From positions 682,001 through 746,000 of the forward strand of contig JAKMXF010000343.1 in the NCBI GenBank assembly GCA_024704765.1: 64,000 nucleotides of DNA, written 5' to 3'. The number at the start of each line of letters is the position of its first letter. The first letter of the stretch is position 1. Below are positions 14,101-24,192 of this stretch, one piece after another. Under the pieces are notes generated by a model that made no database searches, was not told the DNA's origin, and was given only the letters and a program-made list of their open reading frames with translations. The position numbers and the translations under genes are program-made. Source of the stretch: Oopsacas minuta. Its lineage: Eukaryota; Animalia; Porifera.

Positions 14101-14311
14101 TCCGTTCAATTTATTATTATATCCTTTCGAATTTATTATTTTTCTAATTAAAGTTAAATTGCGAAAAAGCGCCAAGATCCACAAAGATGCATTATTTGAG
14201 ATGATTGATGAAAAGAAATTGACTTCTAACAAGTTTAATGTATATTTCGCTACCCATTATGAGAATAGCTTTGCAGACAAATACTGGGAAGTCAAGTACG
14301 TAGATTCATAA
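11171..14311 (+). CDS. TRPM: TRPM-family cation channel, 1046 aa, uninterrupted CDS, no C-terminal kinase or NUDT9-H domain
   Basis: First ATG at 11171 (track start is TTG). MHR motifs (TKAWVFSSG; YIMVWGVMSQRYEVIELF; IATELLDHA; FWSNKSALDIA..FLNHNAVQIYLQHVWSG), six TM segments, YFDSIWNKLDL, pore YQIFGD, S6 LILNLMIAYF, and post-TRP EFDSRTIFPPPF. Subtype not assignable by eye. Confidence 0.95.
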   Translation: MAQDNYSTVHDNNTELQPLTDKQSDEPSYYTSENTLSWCVDPCTPCENEKWKIPFAVGKSNYLNCHLGKTAKHTKQQVYDVLEVPIEINQESDYAKYADQIINILNQPHQHGWNQMKWNFDSSIKYMNIILYIPDVFQTLSTNNVMIPKTALPILGNTLHELITRTKAWVFSSGEFTPICNTIGEGVYKASLQENSLIKGLKKRLELTGFMSKFVENAEEPFINRENSRYLLEDKYCENLSNSLSPFSNLHILIKYGKKYDQLYEKLLYNIGVALRLPTLKMIARVNEQNHLYGFDIDFLDPYTTQEHSTPSFYDLFLVQSDLFRVILSKADDFYHRNEDLLTGWNIVTMAIFLNEPKRVERAVVKSHFAALTDEAQLERIFRYALVYGSRKVIKTIFENETLSKLLRTRSEKILELTFQKSSNEIFLYNRLMIALDIVDEHGTKKKQFNYLNLVKITIQNLISHGLVWLPPVRMFDREEVNHILAFFPEYIMVWGVMSQRYEVIELFLKYSGLHQQYLSTEDDNLSTQKGVYQICNALAISAMLRGVAKKLKHDISVTTADFDDLISNSKRFDIIATELLDHALTKDEATLRTLLNTHSPFWSNKSALDIAFIGKAYTFLNHNAVQIYLQHVWSGYDTLRQVEGERVHVRERLAQSILHPLKPSSVRFLYIVINTARTGYLLHGLFFLFLIICIIYLLTVPTTTSNYEVYNYMHIDPIEWVLLVCLFGFTVEELNQYITSVLKDIIRVGLAEWKIVLKLVSLEYFDSIWNKLDLIIIFMFIISVVVRTLSVFYIGFPINLPRLIYGVSAIPLFIRSFQHILVIKAIGPLIYTIYQASLKMMKFLIIIIILSIAVGTLQIALLTPATSISIRFRHLIFTPMYQIFGDYFFEDLQSHTYKLIGTANVTSDGIFWERTDFLIYFTVSIWILIINVLILNLMIAYFTRIYDDVATIAKSIYIWQFIEIVNEFDSRTIFPPPFNLLLYPFEFIIFLIKVKLRKSAKIHKDALFEMIDEKKLTSNKFNVYFATHYENSFADKYWEVKYVDS

Positions 14312-15616
14312 CGCTGAGAGATTTAGTTAACTAAATTGGAAATACATAAAATCTCTAGTTAATGTAGTAGCGGTTTTTCACCATTATATAAAGTTTATTC
14401 TTTTGTTTGGATTGCATATATAACTAAATGATATATCTTGTGTCATATTTGTATCTTCTATATATTTAATTCACGACCAATCCTTAGTGTTCCCATTCCC
14501 CACTTAGTGGTTCCGATAATCTGCTTATAGATATCTGCGGATAATGATCGGCATTGTCTCGAACATTAAATCGGTTCTATTAAGTGTATATGTTTTAGTC
14601 TAATTCCAAATTGATAAAACAGTAAGTATGTTGAATTCAAGGTGTTTTAACCCAAAACAGTGTTTATAGAGAATTATTTTCTTACGAGGGAAGAATAGTA
14701 GGGATGCAGGGTCGTGCCAGTAATACAAACTGACCAAGTTAAACCTGGGAAAATTTATTCTAGACCAGGTTCTGACCAGGCCAATCACGATCATTCAAAA
14801 AGCAATGTTCGAAGATCATGATCGCGATCATATTTCCGATCACATTTCTGCTATTTACTTTACTTCCATTATGAAGATGCTATATTACATGAGTCTGTCC
14901 CTCCATCCGCTCAACAATGGGAAATCTACAGTTAAATTGCCATGAAAATAGTGCATATATTCATATTGAAGTTTAGACTCGCAAATCATCGGCCTTTGTC
15001 CTCTCTGATCGTCAAAAGTTAATCGCGATCGTGTGATCAATTATGGCACAATATTAATGCCCTACTGGTGAGTTGCAATACAAAATTATTGTTTTTACTT
15101 ATGAGTATTATATAAATATTATTCGCATAAAGCAATGACAAATGTGGACTTTATCTAGAATCTAGTTTTTCAGGCAAATCTCTACATTTAATTACTTATG
15201 TCCAATCATATTCGTAAGCATTTCAATTTCAAGTACATATCTCTTATGGAAATGTATTTGTTGTTATTATGAATATACATAAGACAATTAGTTGAAATCT
15301 CGGAATATACTTAGAGACTTGCTCTTAACTACTATACAGTAGAACCTCGTTAATACGTACACCAAGGGACCGTCGAGATTTGTACTCCTTATCCGGAGTA
15401 CATATTAACCCGAGTAAAAATAATTGAATTTCCACTGTACGGATTAAAATTGTGTTCGTCTAAACCGGAAATTCGTATTAACAAAGTTACACTGTATTCT
15501 GAATTTCGCATTATTAAGTTTCTCATGTGTAAATTTATTGTTGTTTTTATGAATATAAAGTAAACAATTAATTGAAATATCAAAATATACGTGGAGACTT
15601 GCCTTTAAAGGCTATA

Positions 15617-15799
15617 TAGTAGAGTCTCCTTAACACGTATACCAGGGGACTGCCAAAATTCGTACTCCTTTTTCGAAGTACGTATAATCCGAACTAATTT
15701 AGATAGAAAAGGCATTGTGAAGGGGACTGATATACTGTACAAATTTGTACTCTAATCCGGAGTTACGTCTTAATCGTGTTCGTTTTAACGAGACTACTG
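15617..15799. mobile_element. pogo/Tigger-type MITE; related copy at 53836-54016 and partial copies at ~15337 and ~49078
   Basis: Ends (C/T)AGTAGAGTCTC...GAGACTACTG flanked by TA; internal similarity between the copies. Confidence 0.7.
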
Positions 15800-16212
15800 T
15801 ACTTGGGTATTTGAATACGCTGAATCCGAATATTACATTTTCAAGTTTCTCATATGATATATAAATTTATTGTTGGTTTATTAACATAATGCAAAATGAT
15901 TATCCAAATTTCTAAATATTGGTAGAGATTTTCTCTCAACAGACATGTACATACCAAATTGCGCTGAATCCGGTGGCCTAAGGGAAAATTACGTCAGCAT
16001 GGGCGGTGATTTGAGATTTTTACTTTTACCTAGTTATTTTGTTGAAATGAGTAGGTTTCACTGTGGCTATATATTTATGAGTCTAATTATACGCATATTC
16101 ACTCACTAACTTGTCATTTTACACGATTTTGATAAATGATCATGCTTTCAATGTACCAACGTTTGTCATACTATAATTGATGGATTTTCTTTACATACTA
16201 TTTTGAGTTAAA

Positions 16213-17652
16213 TAATGCCAACTACAATTGCCATTGTATTAGCCACAATTGACCACTTAAGCGACACATTTTGAGGTGGTAAAATCTAGCTAACGTCCAC
16301 AATAATAATTTAAACCAATTTTATGTGGTATGCGTGATCAGTGTAATTTTCTCCGATCTTTCAAGTGGTCACTTCAACACCTTTTATCCATTGTACGCAA
16401 ATTGTCTCAGGAATGTAACAACATTCCATTCTCCAATTTTGTCCTCACCCTATCCCTATCGAGTGATCTCTCTTTTTCCAAACTACAGGAATAACACTTA
16501 GTTTATGAAATTTGTCCAAATTTCATCTCAGAAGGGAGCTTCACAGTACTTTAGCACTCTATTCTCATGATGTGATCGTTTTGGCCCATATATTAATAAA
16601 TAAGCAGTCAAAATATTCCAATTTTCCAATTTCATATCACCCTGAGCTGCTAACTTCATATAAGAAATACGGGCTCGGAAGCACTTATCCATTGGTCCGG
16701 CTGAAACTGCGCGGAATTTTAAGTATAGTCGCCACAGTTAAATCCAAACAATTTTCAGTAATCAATAATTGCTGTTGCTGGTCTTCATGGTCTGTGAGGG
16801 TTTCGTCTACCCAGCGTATGCAGACTACAATATGTTCCTTGTTTGCAATGTCAGCGCACTCATCGGCCATTATCTTGAAAAATCCATTCCGAAATATGTT
16901 AGCACTAATCTGTCGAAGAATATTTAGGGCCATGATTTGCAAACATTCATTCTGGATTTCACTTGACATGTATTTATCCGTTTTCTTCTTCATCCAAGAC
17001 AGCACAACAGGTGAGTCGATAGCTCGTAAGGGTAACAACTGGATAAAGTTGCTGTCAGCACCATCTCCTTGTCCCTCAGTGACAAGCCTTGTCAAGCAAG
17101 AAAACGCAAATTTTGAAGAATTTTCCTAAACATCGCTTTGTTTTCTGCCTTATGCTGCTTGTGTTCTGTGCTGAGTTTTTCGCCAACTTCACCGGTTTGC
17201 TTTGGAAACTCCAGTATCTCTACAGCTTCTTTGTGACACCGGGTAGCCAAGTGTGTGCTGGACGCGGTAGTAGCATCCTTCCAGTTAGTATAACACGTTA
17301 ATGAATGCAGGATCGCGCTTGGTACTAGCAAGAATTTTTATTTCATGCTCTGCTGTCATACATAAGTTACATTGATCATCAGTTTTTGGCGTCAAAAAAG
17401 ACTTCACTCGATAGGGTGAGGACAAATTTTGAGAATGGAATGTTTTCAAGTTGCTGAGACATTTTGCGTTACTATAGACGAAAGATGTTAGAGTGACCAC
17501 TTGAACAACGGGGAATTTTCTACTGATCACAGATATCCGCATAAAATTGGATTAAATCAAAATTGTGGCAGTTAGCTGGATTTTAGCATCTTCAAAATAT
17601 GTCGCTTAAGTGGTTAATTGTGATCGACAAATCGTAATTGTGTTTGGTACTG
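16213..17652 (-). mobile_element. Internally deleted hAT element (TTF zinc finger/DUF4371, ZMYM1-like transposase remnant)
   Basis: ~90-bp imperfect terminal inverted repeats (16213-16305 vs 17560-17652). Remnants TNWKDA..H...H and KYMSSEIQNECLQIMA..FKIMADECADIANKEHIVVCIRWVD. Confidence 0.8.
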
Positions 17653-17816
17653 TATCCAAAAATTAATTATTTTGTTGAGGAACAACCTTAGAATTTGTGA
17701 AAAATCTATGTAAAAAATGATTGATTAAAGTCATAAGTGACTCCACTAAAGATAGTGATAGCGATACAATGAGATATGGCTCAGAAAAATCCTCACAATC
17801 GAGTCGAATGACAATA

Positions 17817-18117
17817 CAGTGGAGTCTCCGGATAACGTACACGTTAGGGAAATGGCTTCTGTCCGCTTTAGGGAGTTGTCAGCTACTCGGAGACTGCTTA
17901 GTATTAAATGTATGATGGCAAATTATGTCCGCTTCTCTCAGTGTCAGTTTTGGGAGACTCCACTGTATAGAGGGTTGATATGTGTACAATGGAGTCTCCC
18001 AAAACGGTGTACCCCAACGTGTCCGTTATTCAAGATTCCACTGTAATACTTAAGCAGTCTCCGAGTAACGGTCATAATCCATGTCCCTAACGTGTTCGTT
18101 ATTCGGAGACTCCACAG
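17817..18117. mobile_element. Inverted pair of TA-flanked MITEs (17817-17965 and 17987-18117)
   Basis: First unit has perfect 13-bp TIRs CAGTGGAGTCTCC with TA on both sides. Second unit is a rearranged inverted copy. Confidence 0.75.
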
Positions 18118-19599
18118 TATAACTAGACTCAGCTCGCCTAGCAGTGAAGAACAAGGGATCATTCGATATGTTTTGGATAAAATTCGAGAATGGAATGTTG
18201 TCGCATTCCTGAGGCATTCTTGCGTCGCTTGGAAAAACATATCTCCAAATTTGATCAATTGACCAATTGAATTACGTGAATTTCCGCGGATTACGAATAT
18301 CGACATATAAATTGGATTCACATAAAATTGTGCACGTTGTATGCATTTAAGCAGGCGTTAAATGAAAATGCTATGTAATCATTGTGGTCACAATTTTGGA
18401 TTACGAAATTGGGAACATAGGCTTTCGAAGTCCTTGGGTCACAAGCTATCCAAAAATATATTGCGTAACAAATCCCCACAAAATCCCACAAGGAACCAAA
18501 TATTTTTGAAGTAGTGAACCTGACTAATAATCGTCCACCATATTTTGAAAATTTTCTAAATTGCAAAATTATGAGAATTTGAGCAAATTGTTTCAATTCA
18601 TGGGTACTATATGCATCAGCATAGATGCTTAGAATCAATTTATGGACTAATTTTCGCAAAATTTTCACAATAGTCACAGAGCTAAAGCCCCTAGAAATGC
18701 TTCTAGAGAATCGTGTATAGTCACTTATTTTAGAGAAAGAAATTGAGTAGCTGAAAGAGTAATGAATGGTTACTTGTTGATAAATTTGGTGTTCAAGGGA
18801 GTAAGTGTAGGTTGCTTTTGAAAAGTTTAGCCTTGCGTAAAACCAGTATGACCACGCAGACGATGCTTATTAGTTTTTTTTAATATTTGAGTGGTGGCAC
18901 TGGGATAAGACCAACACCGAGGTAATAATTCGGCCGATGCTACTTTAAGTTAGGAATTAGACTAACGCATTTTACGAATCAATTAACAATACGAAGTTTT
19001 CAGTGCAACCGTACCAAAAGAGTAGCCTGATATTGATTCATTGTACTGAGTACAAGTCTCAAAAGGATTGAAGACTTGGGAGAGCGAATCGTGCGTCAAT
19101 CTCGCTCATTTCCGCTGCGCTCCAATACTTGCTCCGTTCGTTCGTTAGTTAAATAATTAAGGAGTGTGAATAGCTTTGGTATAATCATAACTTAAAATTC
19201 GTAGAGTATATAGGAAGTACTTATAAATTTCAGAAAAGTGATCGGAAAATGATCTTGAACGTGATCGCAATCCTTTTACCGCTCGAATCACAATCACGAT
19301 CTCCGAACAATTTTTCCTGAACGATCGTGATCGTGTTAGCGATCATATATTTGGTGATCGACTAATGCCCTAGAAAAATCATGATATGCCGTGAGATTAC
19401 CCTTTTTTGACCTCTGAAAAGCTTGAGACTCGCCACTAAGGCGTGAGAGTTGGCATCTCTGGATTTACAGAAGTGGTATCAAACTTAGTATTTAGGGGTC
19501 AAAATCTAGTACTAGATTTAGCCCTATTTAGCTAGGTGATTATACTTACCGTATTATGTAGGTGATTGCAACAAATAGGTGCATTTATCTAGTATCGTG

Positions 19600-20272
19600 C
19601 ATGGCCTACTTACTATAAGGCTATAAAACCAAGAGACCAGTTTGTAACCCCGTTCTTTGGTAAATTCTACTTTACATAACCACTTAATATACTTTATATA
19701 GGGTATTGTGATTTGGGGCATCCAACGGAACCATTTTCGTGGTTCCATTTGTGGTTAACCAGTTTAGGCGCAATTTAATGATGACGTCAGAAATAATTAC
19801 CAAAAGTAGAATTTGTTTCAAACAGAATAAATAATTTTCTATTGAACTTTTGAATTTTCGTTGATAAAAGGATGGAAAGCAATGCTTTTCTTATTATCGA
19901 AGATTTTTGCTCAAAAATTATTGATTTCCGAAAATTCAAATTTTCTAAATCAACCATATGTTTAATTAAATTGAATTTCTGAGTAGTTCGCATTTTTTGC
20001 TTTTACATGCTACTCATTCGTATTATATATCATATCCTACAAGTGTTCTAAAGATTTTACCATTTTGATGATGTGTATTTATACCTCTAATTTTATATTT
20101 AGTCTACTTTCCATGTCATCATTAAATAGCACCTACACTGGTTAACCACAAAAATGGTTCCGTTACATTCGCCATATCACAAGACCTTATATAAAGTATA
20201 ATTAGTGGTTAAATAAAGCATAATTTACCCAAGAACGGGAATTATAAACTGGAATCTTCGCTTTATGGCCTT
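19600..20272. mobile_element. Degraded P-element-family MITE
   Basis: ~150-bp inverted repeats (19615-19770 vs 20130-20272). Left end CATGGCCTACTTACTATAAGGC resembles the P element end at 57989 (CATAGCCTACTCTACATAAGGC). Right tip missing. Confidence 0.6.
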
Positions 20273-20464
20273 CTCGATGACAAATATAGACTTCTATCAC
20301 GGGTTTTTAGGACAATTTTTCAGGGGGGTGACTAATCAATGTTTCATGAATTAGAGGGAGGCATAGCTAAAGTGCATAACATTACCATAGCTCAGGGAAG
20401 GGCGAAACCATTTTCAGGGGTGCATTTTGCCCCCCCTCAAATCATCTAGAAAAAAGCCTATATA

Positions 20465-21442
20465 TGTTACAGTCAATGTGTAAAATCAGTCAATTTACAA
20501 ATTGACTGAATCATTGGTCGGTTTTTTTGACAGATTGACTGAAAACATATTACGAATTTCAAATCAATAAAGTAGTGAATAAATGGGAAATCTTGCAATT
20601 ATTGTTATTCCAAAACATATACGTCTACTCAACTTAAGAATTGAAAATGTATAAGAGAAACCTGACTCAAAGTAGTGTATCCTCAATAACAACATATCAA
20701 AGGGAAGCATCTATCGACGTGAAATATTCTGGAGTATAAAAGGCAAGGTAATATGAACACCCTCATAACTCTAAAAGATGTCGGAAGAACAGTGGTTACC
20801 ATTCTGGAATTAAACAATCCCCATTCAAGGCCCTATTTGGACGTGATGCACAAGTTGGACTACGTTCAGCATCCCTTCCTAATGAAATCCTAGAACGCCT
20901 TGTGTCCGAAGATGAACTAATGGCTGCATATCAGCAATCTGACCCCTCTCAAGTCTCTCCAGGTAGCCAGACCACAGTTTCTCCAAATCTTCTTACATAA
21001 GAAGATAAGTCACCTGATCCCCCATCCGCTACACAGTGTGAACGATTTCACCACAGACAAAGAAATAGACCTACGACAAGCTGTTCAACAAGGGTCTAAG
21101 TGTGGTGGACAAGGGTTTGCCAAGTGTAACTGTACACAAAATGGCAAACAATGCAAATCAAACAAATGTAAAAGTTTCAAGGCTGTACTTAAATGTAATA
21201 GCAAGTGTCACGCGCGCATGACCTGCCCCCAACAAGATCTGAATGGGAACGATATATGAACTATTTAGTCAGTATGCTGTAATCACATGCTTTTAATGGA
21301 TATTGATATCAATTAATTAAATTCGTAATATGTTTCAGTCAATCTGTCAAAAAAAAACGACCAATGATTCAGTCAATTTGTAAATTGCCTAAGTGAATCA
21401 GTCAATTTGTAAATTGACTGATTTTACACATTGACTGTAACA
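20465..21442 (+). mobile_element. Non-autonomous Ginger2/TDD element
   Basis: TGTTAC...GTAACA ends, 45-bp perfect TIR extending beyond 90 bp with CAGTCAAT repeats, 4-bp TSD TATA. Internal remnants HSGIKQSPFKALFGRDAQVGL and C-terminal GGQGFAKCNC..C.SNKC...CNSKCH. Confidence 0.85.
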
Positions 21443-21446
21443 TATA

Positions 21447-22788
21447 CAGGGTGTCTCAAAATTATTGCCCAATTATAGTTCTAGCTATAAAATCGTAGAA
21501 AAGAGGAAAATATTAGCATTTATTTGGATATATATTTACCATCCAATTCGATGCAAGTTTTAACTCTTTCCGGCATTCCATCTACTAACGCTTGCAAAAA
21601 CTTGGCTGTAGAGCTTCCCAGGCAGATTCGAGCTGCATTTTTAGGTCCGAAATAGTTTTTGCCGGCTCCTTCTTGTTCAGTTCTTCCTGAAGATATCCCC
21701 ATAGGTTTTCAATTGGATTTAAGTCAGGAGAGTTCCCCGGCCATTGAGTTTTCTCCCAATAGTTTGGTAGGTTCTCCTTGCACCAACCTTGGGTCATTTT
21801 GGGCGTGTGAGCAGGGGCACCGTCCTGCCTAAAAACAACCTTTGACATGTTTGGTACCATTTTCATCTCCAAAACTGATCCATTATTTTTAGTTCTGCGA
21901 AGGGTATCCAAACAAGACTTAGCCAGGATCTCATCTATATAGTAGGCTGTATTCACTGTCTGTTTGGGAAGGATGAAGTGTAATTTCGATATAGCTCGAA
22001 AGCTCATCATCCCCCAAACCATGAATTTCGGGGGAAATTTCACCGTTTCCTGTGGCATGATATTCGAGCTATTCTTGGCCCATATCCTATCATTTTGGTG
22101 ATTTGTTGGGTGAAATAGCTCGAAAGAAGATTCGTCAGACCAAAGGATGTTTCTCCAGTCAGCAACAGTCCAGTTTTGCTTTGCCAGACAGAAAATTAAT
22201 CTGTTTTCTCTCTTTTTTGCAGAGAGTTTGGCTGTTTGGGTCGCTTATAGGGCCAAACTCCCAAATATATTGTTAAATAGCGATGAATGGTGTCTTTTGA
22301 GACAGGAGCACACGTTCTGGTAATTTGTTTAGCAATACATCGCGTTGACTTGTGTCGTTTCCCAAGAGATTTGCAATAATGATTTTGGACCGCCTTTTTA
22401 GCTTTTTGGGCCTTCCAGCCCCCTTTCTATGTTAGAGGTCTTTTGAAGAATTATACCGTGCCAACCATCTCCGAACCGTTCGGATATCCTTTCCAACTTT
22501 GTTTGCTACATAGCTCTGAGTAGAACCTGCGAGTAACATACCGATAGCACGATTTCTAACCTGTAATTTATTTTAATTGACATCCATATTGGACAATAAA
22601 TCCAGTCGGGGCAAAGAGAACAAAATTTTTTTAAATACTTATAAAATAGCAGCTATAATATTTCGAGTTGAATAACAGTTATATTTCAATTCTTCAATCA
22701 CCATAACTAATGTCTATACTGTTTTAAGGTTCAGTTATAACATATTTTGTGCTATAGCGCAATAGGGCAATAATTTTGAGACACCCTG
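21447..22788 (-). mobile_element. Full-length, defective Tc1-like DD37E transposon
   Basis: 24-bp perfect TIR CAGGGTGTCTCAAAATTATTGCCC, TA TSD. ATG 22587; ILWSDES, FRQDGAPAH, WPGNSPDLNPIE with 37 residues between D and E. Early TAA and frameshifts. Confidence 0.92.
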
Positions 22789-24192
22789 TAATGTAGCCCA
22801 TGGCCGCCATTTAAAGCTATTACATGCCCTTCTACCAAAAATTATGAGAGGTAATCCAAATTTGTTTCAATCCTACTTTAACTGTTACGAATCTTGCTAC
22901 CATTATGTACTTTATTTTTATACTTGTACTTGTACGTACTAAAGTACTTGAAATTTCATGTACTGTATTTCCAGTACTTGTATTTAAGTACTTTTAAAAG
23001 TACTTGAACGGTTGAATCCAACCCTGATCCATGTCTATAATAATATCTATATGATCTATAGCGATATTACCCGCTTATGGATTACAAATAGAAATGTGTT
23101 AACTTGCACTCCAAAAGCTATTGGAATTTAAAATTCCATATTTATTTTATTGGAGTTGATAATATTAACCGGAAGTGTTACATTCGTAACGAAAAGGAAT
23201 ATTAAGATTTCACCATTTTTAACCAATTCCGGAACAAAAACGAGAATTTAACACCTTTTGACGTCATAAATCACACATTCTCCCTGCAGTAGCTGGTTAA
23301 TAGGATAAGCAGAGACGAAGTCTCTAACATCTTTTTCTAAAGAAATTTATAATGAAATCAGCCAAAGGCCAATTTTTTCCCGGTCTAATTGGGTCTATTT
23401 TTGTTGAATTTGTCTGGAAATTCGCCAAATTTATTTTCATCGTATTAAAATCTTATTAGAAATTTATTGTTAACATTTGTCACTGAAACTGCGCTCATTG
23501 ATAGAATGAATTTCAAAACTGGGAATAATACCGGCGTTCAGCCAATATTGTTCCCAGTTTTTGTCTATACTTAACTTGAGGTTAATTCATCAAATTTTGG
23601 CACGTAACCACGATTTAAGTCAAAAATCAAATAGTTACTATCAATTTTTGTTTCTAAATAGCTAAATGGGTAAATTTCAATGGATGGTTTTCGATTTTTT
23701 ATTCAACCAGGATTTTTGAATAAATTAGATATATGTAGGAGTTACTTTTTTTTATTTGGTTTGATTTGGGAAGTAATTTCTCACAAATTATGAGATCTCA
23801 CTTTTTGAAATGATGGCCGATGTCAGAGGGGTTAGCTGTCCTCCCGGGTATGAAATGGGCTAGCTCAGAATATTCAAAGTATAATCTGGGCTAAGACAGA
23901 TTATACTCCCTTTGTCTTTATTATGTCATGTGCAAAAGTGTTGGCGTCTCGTGTTATTTATGTATTTCTAAAGCCTACCATACATGATGCAAAATTGTTG
24001 TATGCAACAGGGTAATATACATGGTGGTGGAACAATGTTGTGTTGTATTTTCAAAATTTTTTGTATTTGGAGCCCCCTAATGTAACTCTACCTATACCAC
24101 GGTTACCATATAGAAGAACCAAAGGTTTACCCTAACAAAATGGAAGAATTGTTGAAATACTTGAGAGATTCTGGGCCTGTATCTACATATAA

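Noticed and set aside
11581-14232. Short ORFs overlapping TRPM (11581, 12024, 12769, 13306, 14041) and NHL (40582)
   Set aside because: Antisense or alternate-frame shadows of long coding sequences with no motifs.
23160-23260. Promoter-like ETS (CCGGAAGT) and CRE (TGACGTCA) motifs; a similar pair lies near 39495
   Set aside because: Short motifs with no linked transcript evidence; not supportable from sequence alone.
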